Virus record (IMG/VR): IMGVR_UViG_3300042564_005422
From: an uncultured virus (IMG/VR IMGVR_UViG_3300042564_005422)
Lineage: Duplodnaviria; Heunggongvirae; Uroviricota; Caudoviricetes
Strand: one strand, 5' to 3'
DNA: 64,000 bases
Below the pieces are notes generated by a model that saw only the letters and a list, made by a program, of their open reading frames with translations, was not told the DNA's origin and made no database searches. Each line of letters opens with the position of its first letter. The first letter of the stretch is position 1. Shown one piece after another: positions 20,141 through 29,116 of the stretch. The position numbers were made by a program, and so were the translations under genes.

Positions 20141-21275
20141 TACGATAAATAAAGAAGATATTAAGTATCTTGTAGAATGGTTATCTCAAGATGAGATACC
20201 TAGGTTAACTAAAGGTGATTTAACTATTGAATTAGAAAAAAAATGGGCGAAAAAAATTGGGACAAAATATTCGGTTTTTGTTAATTCAGGGTCCTCGTCA
20301 ATATTACTTTCATTAGCCGCTTTTTTATATTCAAAAAAAATTAAAAATAAAAAAATAGTAATTCCATCATTAAGTTGGGCAACAGACGTTAGTTCTCCAA
20401 TATTACTTGGTATGGAACCAATTATGTGTGATTGTAATTTAGAAGATTTGTCTTGTGACTTAGAACACTTAGAACATATTTTTAAAACCGAGTCCCCATC
20501 ATCATTTATTTTAGTATCTCCATTAGGTTTAGTTCCTGACATGGAAAAAATTATAAGTTTATGTGAAAAATATGACGTTGTACTATTTGAAGATGTGTGT
20601 GAGAGTATGGGGTCAAAATATAAAAACGATTATTTAGGTTCTTTTGGGTTTGCGTCATTTTTTTCAATGTATTTTGGACACCATTTAAGTACAATTGAAG
20701 GCGGGTTTATTAATACTAATGATGAAGATTTTTATCATTTATTATTAATGATGAGAAGTCACGGTTGGGATAGAGATTTACCGTTAGAAAAACAAAAATC
20801 ATTACGTGAAAAATATTCTGTAGATGACTTCACGTCTTTATATAACTTTTACGTACCTGGGTTCAATCTACGGTCTACAGATTTACAAGCGTTTATTGGT
20901 CTTAGAGCTATTGATAAATTAGACAAATATTGTTTAATTAGAAATCAAAATTTTAAAAATTATTTAGATTTAATTAATGTGAATGATTTAAATATAAAAA
21001 TTGATGATAATAATTTTATATCAAATTTTGCGTTACCAATTGTTAACAAAAATAAAGAAAAAATTGTTAATGAATTAATTAAAAATAATATTGAAGTTAG
21101 ACCACTTATTGCAGGTAACATGTCAAATAAACCAATGTGGTATGAAAACTACGGAAAAATTGATTTAAAAAATTGCGAATTAATTGATAAATACGGATTT
21201 TACATTCCAAATCATCAAGATTTAACGATTAATGAAATTCAAAAAATAAGTAAAATTATAAATGAAAATGGATAA
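20121..21275 (+). CDS. colD: ColD-like GDP-4-keto-6-deoxy-D-mannose 3-dehydratase (DegT fold with His at the PLP-lysine position)
   Basis: VNSGSS, EDVCESMG, SMYFGHHLSTIEGG (His-His instead of the aminotransferase Lys) and RSHGW; it lies between fcl and gmd. Confidence 0.8.
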   Translation: MIKLVSDTINKEDIKYLVEWLSQDEIPRLTKGDLTIELEKKWAKKIGTKYSVFVNSGSSSILLSLAAFLYSKKIKNKKIVIPSLSWATDVSSPILLGMEPIMCDCNLEDLSCDLEHLEHIFKTESPSSFILVSPLGLVPDMEKIISLCEKYDVVLFEDVCESMGSKYKNDYLGSFGFASFFSMYFGHHLSTIEGGFINTNDEDFYHLLLMMRSHGWDRDLPLEKQKSLREKYSVDDFTSLYNFYVPGFNLRSTDLQAFIGLRAIDKLDKYCLIRNQNFKNYLDLINVNDLNIKIDDNNFISNFALPIVNKNKEKIVNELIKNNIEVRPLIAGNMSNKPMWYENYGKIDLKNCELIDKYGFYIPNHQDLTINEIQKISKIINENG

Positions 21276-22260
21276 AAAAATTGCATTAATTACAGGTATT
21301 AATGGTCAAGATGGGTCATATCTTTCTGAACTTTTATTAGAAAAGGGGTATGAGGTACATGGAACACTTAAACGTAATTCAGTTTCCGAAAATCAAACAT
21401 CAAGATTACAAAACGTATATGATAAAATAATTTTACATTACGCCGATATGACTGACCTTTCATCATTAATTAGTATTATCCAAAAAGTAATGCCGGATGA
21501 AATTTACAATCTTGCAGCACAATCCCACGTAAGAATATCTTTTGACCAACCAATTTACACCGCTAATGTTACAGGTATAGGTACTTTAAATTTATTAGAA
21601 GCGGTTAAATTAATTAAACCAAATACCAAAATATATCAAGCGTCATCATCTGAGATGTTTGGTAACACTATAGATTCAGATGGGTTTCAAAGAGAAACTA
21701 CTCCTTTAAATCCTGTATCACCATACGGTTGTTCCAAAGTATTTAGTTATAATATTTGTCGTAATTATAGAAATTCTTACGGAATGTTTATTTCAAACGG
21801 AATTTTATTTAATCATGAATCACCGAGAAGAGGAACAAACTTTGTTACCAATAAAGTATGTAAAGAAGCTGTTAAGATTAAATTAGGACTATCTAATGAG
21901 TTAAAATTGGGTAATCTTGATGCAACACGAGATTGGGGACACGCCAAAGATTATGTTAAAGCAATGTGGGAAATTTTACAATTAGACAAACCTGATGATT
22001 TTGTTTGTGCCACAGGTATCTCACATTCAGTTAGAGAACTTTGTGATTATGTTTTCACATCATTAGGTTTAGACTATAAAGAATATGTGGCACAAGACGA
22101 AAAATTTTTAAGGCCTGAAGAACTACACGATTTAAAAGGAGACTCATCTAAATTAATTAAATCAACAGGATGGTCTCACGATTACACATTTGAGACAATG
22201 TTAGATGAAATGATTAATTATTGGTTTGTTTATTACAGTGATGGTAATGTTAACCATTAA
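21262..22260 (+). CDS. gmd: GDP-mannose 4,6-dehydratase
   Basis: ITGINGQDGSYL, YNLAAQSHV, QASSSEMFG, SPYGCSK, NGILFNHESPRRG and RDWGHAKDY. Confidence 0.95.
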   Translation: MKMDKKIALITGINGQDGSYLSELLLEKGYEVHGTLKRNSVSENQTSRLQNVYDKIILHYADMTDLSSLISIIQKVMPDEIYNLAAQSHVRISFDQPIYTANVTGIGTLNLLEAVKLIKPNTKIYQASSSEMFGNTIDSDGFQRETTPLNPVSPYGCSKVFSYNICRNYRNSYGMFISNGILFNHESPRRGTNFVTNKVCKEAVKIKLGLSNELKLGNLDATRDWGHAKDYVKAMWEILQLDKPDDFVCATGISHSVRELCDYVFTSLGLDYKEYVAQDEKFLRPEELHDLKGDSSKLIKSTGWSHDYTFETMLDEMINYWFVYYSDGNVNH

Positions 22261-22275
22261 TTTAAAATTAAAAAT

Positions 22276-23013
22276 ATGACTAGAAAAAAAACACCCACTA
22301 AAGAACCTCAAACTTTTCAAACAGAGGTAAAATCAAAGATTAGTAAGAAAGAACAAATTAGTCAAATCATTAAAGGTAAGACTAAAAATAAATTTTTGTC
22401 ACAAGGACAAGAAGAGTACTATGATAAATTAGTTAACAATCAAATTACAATTTGTTCAGGTCCTGCTGGTGTTGGTAAAAGTTTTATTGCAATGAAATGT
22501 GCGGTTGATTTATTACAAGACCCAAAGACACCATATGAAAAAATAATCATAGTAAGACCTGCTGTTGAAGCTGAGGAAAAATTAGGTTCGTTACCTGGAA
22601 ATTTAGAAGAAAAATTGGACCCTTATATTTTTCCATCTTTTTATTTATTAAATAAAATTATTGGTAAAGAAAATAGAGAAAAATTAAAACAAATTGAGGT
22701 AATTGAAGTATTTGCATTGGCATATATGAGAGGAATGAATATAGATAATTCTATATTAATTTTTGAGGAGGCTCAAAATTCTTCTCCAGGTCAAATGAAA
22801 TTATTATTAACTCGTATAGGGTTTAATAGTAAGTTTTTTATTTCAGGTGACATTGAGCAAACTGATAGATATAAAGATAAGAAACATTCGGGGTTATTTG
22901 ACGCTTTAGATAAATTTAAAGATGTTAATGACATTGCAATCCATGTTTTTGGAGACGAAGATATTGTCCGTAACCCAATAATTTCTAAAATTTTAAAAAA
23001 ATATGATAACTAA
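22276..23013 (+). CDS. phoH: PhoH-family ATPase
   Basis: GPAGVGKS, RPAVEAEEKLG.LPG, AYMRG, EAQN, LTRIG and GD..Q.D. Confidence 0.92.
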   Translation: MTRKKTPTKEPQTFQTEVKSKISKKEQISQIIKGKTKNKFLSQGQEEYYDKLVNNQITICSGPAGVGKSFIAMKCAVDLLQDPKTPYEKIIIVRPAVEAEEKLGSLPGNLEEKLDPYIFPSFYLLNKIIGKENREKLKQIEVIEVFALAYMRGMNIDNSILIFEEAQNSSPGQMKLLLTRIGFNSKFFISGDIEQTDRYKDKKHSGLFDALDKFKDVNDIAIHVFGDEDIVRNPIISKILKKYDN

Positions 23014-23671
23014 AATTGGTATTGATTTAGACGGAGTTTTAAGAGATAATATTTTAAAAATTAGTCAATTATATGAAAAAAATTATTTAGAAACTCAAAC
23101 TGACGAATTCTCGGAACCAATTAAAACGTACACTTTAGATGAATCGGGGAATACAGTTCTTAACGAACATCAAGATTCATTTATTTATGAAATGATTTTA
23201 CCAGTTAACTCTTTGGATTTAGAAAATCATTTTAAATTTCCAAGTGAAGAAGATTATTATAATTTTATTTACGAAGATTTTGTAATGCAAATTTTTGGTC
23301 ACTCACCATCAACTGAAATGGATACTTTCGTGTCTTTAAACGAAATAATTGAATCGACAAAAAATAAATATGATTTTTCAATATTTTCAAAATGCGTGGG
23401 TAAATCTAAACCCGCATCTTTATTTTTTATATCTAAATTTGGATGTTTAATTGATTCTGTTATTTTTTATAATAACAACAATTTACAAAAAAAACTTTCT
23501 AATTATGATGTAATTATTACTTCAAACCCTGAATTAATTAAATTATATCCTGAAAAATGTATAAAATTTAAAACTTCATATAATAAAGATGTAATTGCGA
23601 ACTGTGAAATTGACACAATAAAAGATTTAATTAAAAAAATTGAAAAAATAAAATATGTTGACCTTATTTAA
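23003..23671 (+). CDS. HAD-like protein (5'(3')-deoxynucleotidase-like)
   Basis: N-terminal IGIDLDGVLRD; the downstream HAD motifs are degenerate. Confidence 0.55.
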   Translation: MITKIGIDLDGVLRDNILKISQLYEKNYLETQTDEFSEPIKTYTLDESGNTVLNEHQDSFIYEMILPVNSLDLENHFKFPSEEDYYNFIYEDFVMQIFGHSPSTEMDTFVSLNEIIESTKNKYDFSIFSKCVGKSKPASLFFISKFGCLIDSVIFYNNNNLQKKLSNYDVIITSNPELIKLYPEKCIKFKTSYNKDVIANCEIDTIKDLIKKIEKIKYVDLI

Positions 23672-23921
23672 TGAACACTATTACTTGGACATCACTACGA
23701 TTGAGTCACAAGTAAATTTATCTCCGACTATTGATGAGTCGGGTAAAACTGAACAACATATTTCTGTTGTAAAATATGAAATGATTAAAACAATGATTGA
23801 TGTATTAATCACCGAAAGAGAAGACGCGGATGAGGCCCTTGGTCCTAAAAGCGCAGTTAGTCTACCTTATAAACTTGCATGGAATACTCTACTTAACATC
23901 GGAGTATTAAAAAAATATTAA
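23655..23921 (+). CDS. Hypothetical protein
   Basis: 88-aa ORF within the operon. Confidence 0.7.
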   Translation: MLTLFNEHYYLDITTIESQVNLSPTIDESGKTEQHISVVKYEMIKTMIDVLITEREDADEALGPKSAVSLPYKLAWNTLLNIGVLKKY

Positions 23922-23933
23922 TAATAAACAAAT

Positions 23934-24992
23934 ATGGAACAAACAAATTTACAAAAATTACAAACCTCTGTTGAAAATTTAAAAAATAAAACCGCAAGAA
24001 TTTATTTTTTTGTTCAAGACACTAAAGGTAATGCTAAAGCGTCTGTTGCCCACACTTACAGAATGGCAATGACTTTAAAAAATAATGGATTTAACCCAAT
24101 TATCTTGCATGAACAAAATGATTACATTGGAGTGTCAGAATGGTTAGGTCCTGAGTTTATGGAACTTCCACACACATCTGTTGAGGGTCAACAACTTGAA
24201 ATTTCTCCTGAAGATTTTATTATTATACCTGAAATTTTTGGGTACGTTATGCCTCAAATTACAAAATTACCATGTGCTAAAATTGTATTATGTCAATCGG
24301 CTGATTGGATTACAGAAACTTTATCGCCTGGTCAATCTTGGTCATCATTAGGGTTTCCTAAATGTATTATCACAAGTGAGTGGTTAAAAAATTATGTGGC
24401 ACCAATAATGAAAAATGTGTCATACGATATTATTGAACCAGTTATATCTGAAAAATTTAGTCCATCAAAATATCCTTCTAAACCAATTGTTGCGGTACAT
24501 TCTAGAGAACAAAGAGATGGAATTAATTTTATTAAGAAATTTTATTTGAAATTTCCTCAATTTAGATGGGTATCGTTTAGAGATATGAGAGCATTGTCTG
24601 AAGAAGAATTTTCAAACACATTAAAAGAATCTTGTTTATCAGTATGGATAGACCCTCAAAGTTCTTTTGGAACATATCCTATCGAATCTATGTCTTCAAA
24701 TTGTCCAGTTATTGGTATAGTACCTAACATTGTACCTGATTGGTTAAATCAAGATAATGGTATTTGGGTGAAAGAAAGTGATAAGTTGGTTGATTATGTA
24801 GCTGACTTTATCCAAAATTGGATAGAAGATAATATATCTGAAAAATTATATGAGAATGGTACTATTACCGCAGAAAAATATAGTTCAACTGAAAAGTTCA
24901 ATAATTCAATAGTTGACTTATTTAAAAAATATTTGTCTTCAAGAGAAGAATATTTTTCACAACAAATTAATAAATTTAAAGTAGAAGCATAA
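23934..24992 (+). CDS. GT-B fold glycosyltransferase-like protein
   Basis: DFIIIPE and the C-terminal SSFGTYPIESM..CPVIG (E-x7-E-like region). Confidence 0.7.
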   Translation: MEQTNLQKLQTSVENLKNKTARIYFFVQDTKGNAKASVAHTYRMAMTLKNNGFNPIILHEQNDYIGVSEWLGPEFMELPHTSVEGQQLEISPEDFIIIPEIFGYVMPQITKLPCAKIVLCQSADWITETLSPGQSWSSLGFPKCIITSEWLKNYVAPIMKNVSYDIIEPVISEKFSPSKYPSKPIVAVHSREQRDGINFIKKFYLKFPQFRWVSFRDMRALSEEEFSNTLKESCLSVWIDPQSSFGTYPIESMSSNCPVIGIVPNIVPDWLNQDNGIWVKESDKLVDYVADFIQNWIEDNISEKLYENGTITAEKYSSTEKFNNSIVDLFKKYLSSREEYFSQQINKFKVEA

Positions 24993-24993
24993 T

Positions 24994-25800
24994 ATGGAGA
25001 ACAATTTTGACTTAACGGTAGTATTACCAATTAAATCCGCAATCGCATCTTTTTTTACTGATTTTTTTGAAAAATCAATACAATCTGTACAAAACCAAGA
25101 AGTTAAACCATCTGAACTAATTATAGTTCACACACTTGAAGACAATTTAGTTAAATATTTAAACTCATTTGACTTTGGTGATTTAAATATCAGACTTATT
25201 GAGTACACAGAAGAACCTAATTTTTGTAGTCAAGTTAATTTAGGTATTAAAGAATCTAAAACAAAATGGGTATCAATTCTTGAGTTTGATGACGAGTATT
25301 CTAAAATTTGGTTTAAAAATGTTAAAAAATATTCTGAAATTTATGACGATGTTGATTGTTTTTTACCAATCGTAGTTGACGTTGACGATAAGGGTGTGTT
25401 TGCCGGATTCACAAATGAGGCAACTTTTGCATCTAATTTTAGTCAAGAAATGGGGTATCTAACTAATGATACCTTACACTCATATCAAAATTTCCAAACA
25501 TCAGGAATGGTGATTAAGAAAAGTACATTTCTTGATTTTGGAGGGTTTAAGCCTTCAATAAAATTAACATTTGTTTATGAGTTATTCTTACGTTTAACAT
25601 ATAATTCTTCAAAAATTATGACAATCCCAAAATTAGGTTACAAACATATTAATTTAAGACATGGAGGTATTTTTTGGAATTACAAAAATGGTGACAATGT
25701 TTTATCTGAAGATGAGGTTAAATTTTGGATTAATTCTGCGAAAAAAGAATATTTTTTCAATGATGACAGACAAATAAAATACGAACCACAAGAAGTTTAA
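24994..25800 (+). CDS. GT2-family glycosyltransferase
   Basis: LTVVLPI, NLGI...KWVSILEFDD and FLDFGGF. Confidence 0.8.
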   Translation: MENNFDLTVVLPIKSAIASFFTDFFEKSIQSVQNQEVKPSELIIVHTLEDNLVKYLNSFDFGDLNIRLIEYTEEPNFCSQVNLGIKESKTKWVSILEFDDEYSKIWFKNVKKYSEIYDDVDCFLPIVVDVDDKGVFAGFTNEATFASNFSQEMGYLTNDTLHSYQNFQTSGMVIKKSTFLDFGGFKPSIKLTFVYELFLRLTYNSSKIMTIPKLGYKHINLRHGGIFWNYKNGDNVLSEDEVKFWINSAKKEYFFNDDRQIKYEPQEV

Positions 25801-26549
25801 TGGTCAATGATTATTCAGGACAAACAACAATAATCATTCAAAAGGGTAAAAAAAGTAAATCTGAAAATGAAAACTATTTTGACCAAAGAGAAGAATTAGC
25901 AGTTAGGATGTTCCTAACTGCTTCTACTTTTGATGAAAAGAATAAGATATATAATGATTATTTAAGACATCCTTTAGATAAAATGATATCTTCCATTATT
26001 AGAAGATATAAATTATATCGAAAAGACATGGATTTTTATGAAATCCATACCGACACTCATTCTTTTTTAATGACTAAAATTGAAAAATTTAGTCCGTCAA
26101 AAGAAAAAAAGGCATATTCATATTTTGGAACTATTTGTAAAAACTATTTAATGGGTCAAATTTTAAAAGACCAAAAAGAACAAAATAGAAAAATTTCGTA
26201 TGAAGATATATCAAGTGATTTAGAAAATAACCCAAATATGTCATATTATATAGATGATGAGGAAGATGATAAAGAAAACATTTTAATTAAATTGTTACAA
26301 AATGTTAAAGAAAAATCTAATGAATTTGACGAGGGTACAAATGAATACAAACTTGGGGTTGCGTTATGTGATATTTTGGAAAACTATAAACAAATTTTTC
26401 AAACATCCGATAATAATAAATTTAACAAAAATTTAATTTTATTATCATTAAGAGAGATGACAAATCTGTCAACAAAAGAAATAAGAACAAGTATGAAAAA
26501 ATATAAAATACTTTATGATAACATAATCAAAACGGAGCAAGAATCATAA
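25800..26549 (+). CDS. Phage sigma factor, T4 gp55 (late sigma)-like
   Basis: N-terminal NYF motif and KIEKFSPSKEKKAYSYFGTICKNYL, which resembles sigma region 2 (FDP-x(4-5)-AYFT) of gp55-type proteins. Confidence 0.6.
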   Translation: MVNDYSGQTTIIIQKGKKSKSENENYFDQREELAVRMFLTASTFDEKNKIYNDYLRHPLDKMISSIIRRYKLYRKDMDFYEIHTDTHSFLMTKIEKFSPSKEKKAYSYFGTICKNYLMGQILKDQKEQNRKISYEDISSDLENNPNMSYYIDDEEDDKENILIKLLQNVKEKSNEFDEGTNEYKLGVALCDILENYKQIFQTSDNNKFNKNLILLSLREMTNLSTKEIRTSMKKYKILYDNIIKTEQES

Positions 26550-26574
26550 AACTCTTAATTTTATATTTATTAAT

Positions 26575-26937
26575 ATGACTAAGCCAAGAAAAAAAGAAAT
26601 TAATTTCACTAAAGAATCGTTACAAGCACTGATGCAGGAAATCTATAATGAGTTAGTTGAACAAAGGTCAACAGCTCTCAGGATTCAAAATAAGATGATT
26701 TCTATGATGAAAGAACCTGAAGACATGACTTTAATTGGTCCAGTTATCGAAAAACAACAAAAAATAATTAACGAGTGTGTCGAGAAAAAATTAAGTCTTT
26801 CAAAATTACAAGCAAATATTTGGGAAAAAAATTCTCAAACTGAATCTTTTAGTTTATTAGAATTTGATGATGAGGTTTTAAAAGGATTAATAGAAAAAGA
26901 TGTTGACTCTGACACAAATATTAATCTAACATTATAA
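26575..26937 (+). CDS. Hypothetical coiled-coil protein
   Basis: 120-aa ORF with TATTTAT 4 nt upstream. Confidence 0.75.
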   Translation: MTKPRKKEINFTKESLQALMQEIYNELVEQRSTALRIQNKMISMMKEPEDMTLIGPVIEKQQKIINECVEKKLSLSKLQANIWEKNSQTESFSLLEFDDEVLKGLIEKDVDSDTNINLTL

Positions 26938-28898
26938 TGGTAATAGATTTAGATGATAGTTATGAAAATTTAAAGTCGGAAATTAGTTCCGTTAAATCGT
27001 ACACTGAGGCGAAAACTTCGTTACAAGAAGTTTTAAAAAACCAAGGAGATAATTTAGAATCATTATTATCTAAAGGTCAAGTAGGTTTAGAGGAACTTAA
27101 AAAAAATGCTGAAAAAATTAGACAAGACACTAAAAGTCAGTTTTCACAGTTATTTGATATTAATACTTTAACTAAAGGTAAAGGTAAAAATACAATCAAT
27201 TATTTGAAAAATAAATTTATTCAAACTATTGAAAAGAAAAAACCTGAAATTCGTAATTTAATTGTACAGGAAATTATAAATGCAATTAATTGTGATTCAG
27301 AACAAGAGTTCATTTCAAACCAACCTATTTATATTAATATAAATTCAATTGATTTTTTTAAACAACTTCAAATAGACCCATCAACTAAAAGGGGTAAAAT
27401 TTATTACGAAAAAAAATCATTTAACGCATCAGATACAAAAAAAAGTTTAAATAAAGAGTTATTTAAAAGAACTCAAAATCCTGACGAGTCTTATCAAAGT
27501 TCACCAGATAACCAAGGGTTATTATATAAAGGAGCATCAGGTCAAGATTTATTTAATATTACTTTTGTTCAAACTGACGGACAAGGTAACAGTGGTCAAT
27601 TTTTCAAAGTTGAGTTATCAAATAGGATGTTAGACAATTCAGGTCCTGTTGCAAACAAAGTATCTAGTTTTATTGTCGATTATTATCAAAGTATAGATAT
27701 TGTTGAAACTCATCTATACGCTGGTAAAATAACAGATTTACTTACCGGAGCATTATCAGTACAAGCGGGTACAAATACTTTGGACGCGAGTCTTAAAATG
27801 AATAAATTTATTACAAGAATTTTAGGATTGTGTTTTGACTCAGCAACTGAAATTGACGTTCAGGGCTCATCAAAAATACCAGAGTTGGATGGGATTGAAG
27901 AAGATTTTTTTGAGTTAACTTCTTTGAATATACGTCAGATTGAGGAAGAAAGAACTAAATTTTTAAACGGTATTATTGAATTAACTGATTGTGATAATGT
28001 TCAATTACCAATTGATAGTGAATTAATATTTCAAGGATTAGAAGAAATTTTAAGTGGTACAACTAAAAATGATGAACTTGAGTTAGTTCAAAATTTAACA
28101 GATTCAATATTAAGTAATCTTGAAAAAGATAAATACGTTAATTTATCCGCAAATTTACCCGCGTACCAATTAAGTTTGAATACTGATTTTTTAAAAAATT
28201 TACCAATTGGTTTGGTGATGTCTATTTTATCACCTAAAGTAATATTACCATTAATGATAATGATTAAATCACTAACTCAAGGGGCTGGTGAAAATATTGA
28301 TTATTTAATTGATAATGTTAGTGATTTTTTCAAAAAATTTAAAAAATTGGTGGTTAATTTAATTTCAAAAATTATTTCGATTTTTATAAAAGAATTATTT
28401 GAACAAATTAAAAAAGATATTTTTGAATTACTACAAGTCATTGTAAAAGATTTAGCTAAAGAAAAGGCGTCTATGAAAATTATAATGATAACTAAATTAG
28501 TTCAATTACTAATTGTTGTAGCAAGTTTTATATCTGATTACCGACAATGTAAATCAGTGATAGATGAACTATTAAAACTATTTAGAATTGCGACAACTGG
28601 TTTAGGTAATGCAATACCATTACCATTACTTTTTGCATCTCAAGCTTTAGACGGGTATTCTTACACTAGAGCCTTTTTAAATACATTAGAAGAGTTACAA
28701 AAATTAGGTATACCCACAGGTTCTTTACCAAGTGGTGCTCCAAATAAATTTGTATTAGCAAAATTGGCACAAATGAAATCTATGGCGGAAGAAGAGGCCG
28801 CAAATGGTAAAGTACAGATTGCGATACCAGCACTCGCTGTAGCGGCATTTGGTGGAGGAACTACTATCCCATCTTCAGCATACGGTAAAAAGTTTTAA
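26937..28898 (+). CDS. Large hypothetical protein, probably structural, with a hydrophobic helical C-half
   Basis: 653-aa ORF in the putative late operon. Confidence 0.7.
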   Translation: MVIDLDDSYENLKSEISSVKSYTEAKTSLQEVLKNQGDNLESLLSKGQVGLEELKKNAEKIRQDTKSQFSQLFDINTLTKGKGKNTINYLKNKFIQTIEKKKPEIRNLIVQEIINAINCDSEQEFISNQPIYININSIDFFKQLQIDPSTKRGKIYYEKKSFNASDTKKSLNKELFKRTQNPDESYQSSPDNQGLLYKGASGQDLFNITFVQTDGQGNSGQFFKVELSNRMLDNSGPVANKVSSFIVDYYQSIDIVETHLYAGKITDLLTGALSVQAGTNTLDASLKMNKFITRILGLCFDSATEIDVQGSSKIPELDGIEEDFFELTSLNIRQIEEERTKFLNGIIELTDCDNVQLPIDSELIFQGLEEILSGTTKNDELELVQNLTDSILSNLEKDKYVNLSANLPAYQLSLNTDFLKNLPIGLVMSILSPKVILPLMIMIKSLTQGAGENIDYLIDNVSDFFKKFKKLVVNLISKIISIFIKELFEQIKKDIFELLQVIVKDLAKEKASMKIIMITKLVQLLIVVASFISDYRQCKSVIDELLKLFRIATTGLGNAIPLPLLFASQALDGYSYTRAFLNTLEELQKLGIPTGSLPSGAPNKFVLAKLAQMKSMAEEEAANGKVQIAIPALAVAAFGGGTTIPSSAYGKKF

Positions 28899-28900
28899 AT

Positions 28901-29116
28901 ATGATACAGACAGATAAAAGCACAGAAAAAATTTTAGATATAATCAAAGATTATAAAAATAAGAGTAATAAAGAGTTAGAAACTGCGATGGATTTTTTAA
29001 AAGATAATTTTGAAACTACAAAACAAATTATTTTAAAAATGACAACTCATTTTGACGAAGTTGAATCTTTATACAATAGAATTTTAGAAGAATATCAAAA
29101 TAGAAATGGTAAATAA
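28901..29116 (+). CDS. Hypothetical coiled-coil protein
   Basis: 71-aa ORF within the operon. Confidence 0.65.
   Translation: MIQTDKSTEKILDIIKDYKNKSNKELETAMDFLKDNFETTKQIILKMTTHFDEVESLYNRILEEYQNRNGK

Noticed and set aside
20121..21275. DegT/perosamine-synthase aminotransferase
   Set aside because: The catalytic Lys position is His (GHHLSTIEGG), which fits a ColD-type dehydratase better.
4026..22260. Bacterial O-antigen/capsule locus, implying a chimeric contig or host flank
   Set aside because: It is interleaved with phage-type dut, exonuclease and phoH genes, runs without a break into the sigma and structural genes, and lacks wzx/wzy/wzz, an integrase or att-like junctions.
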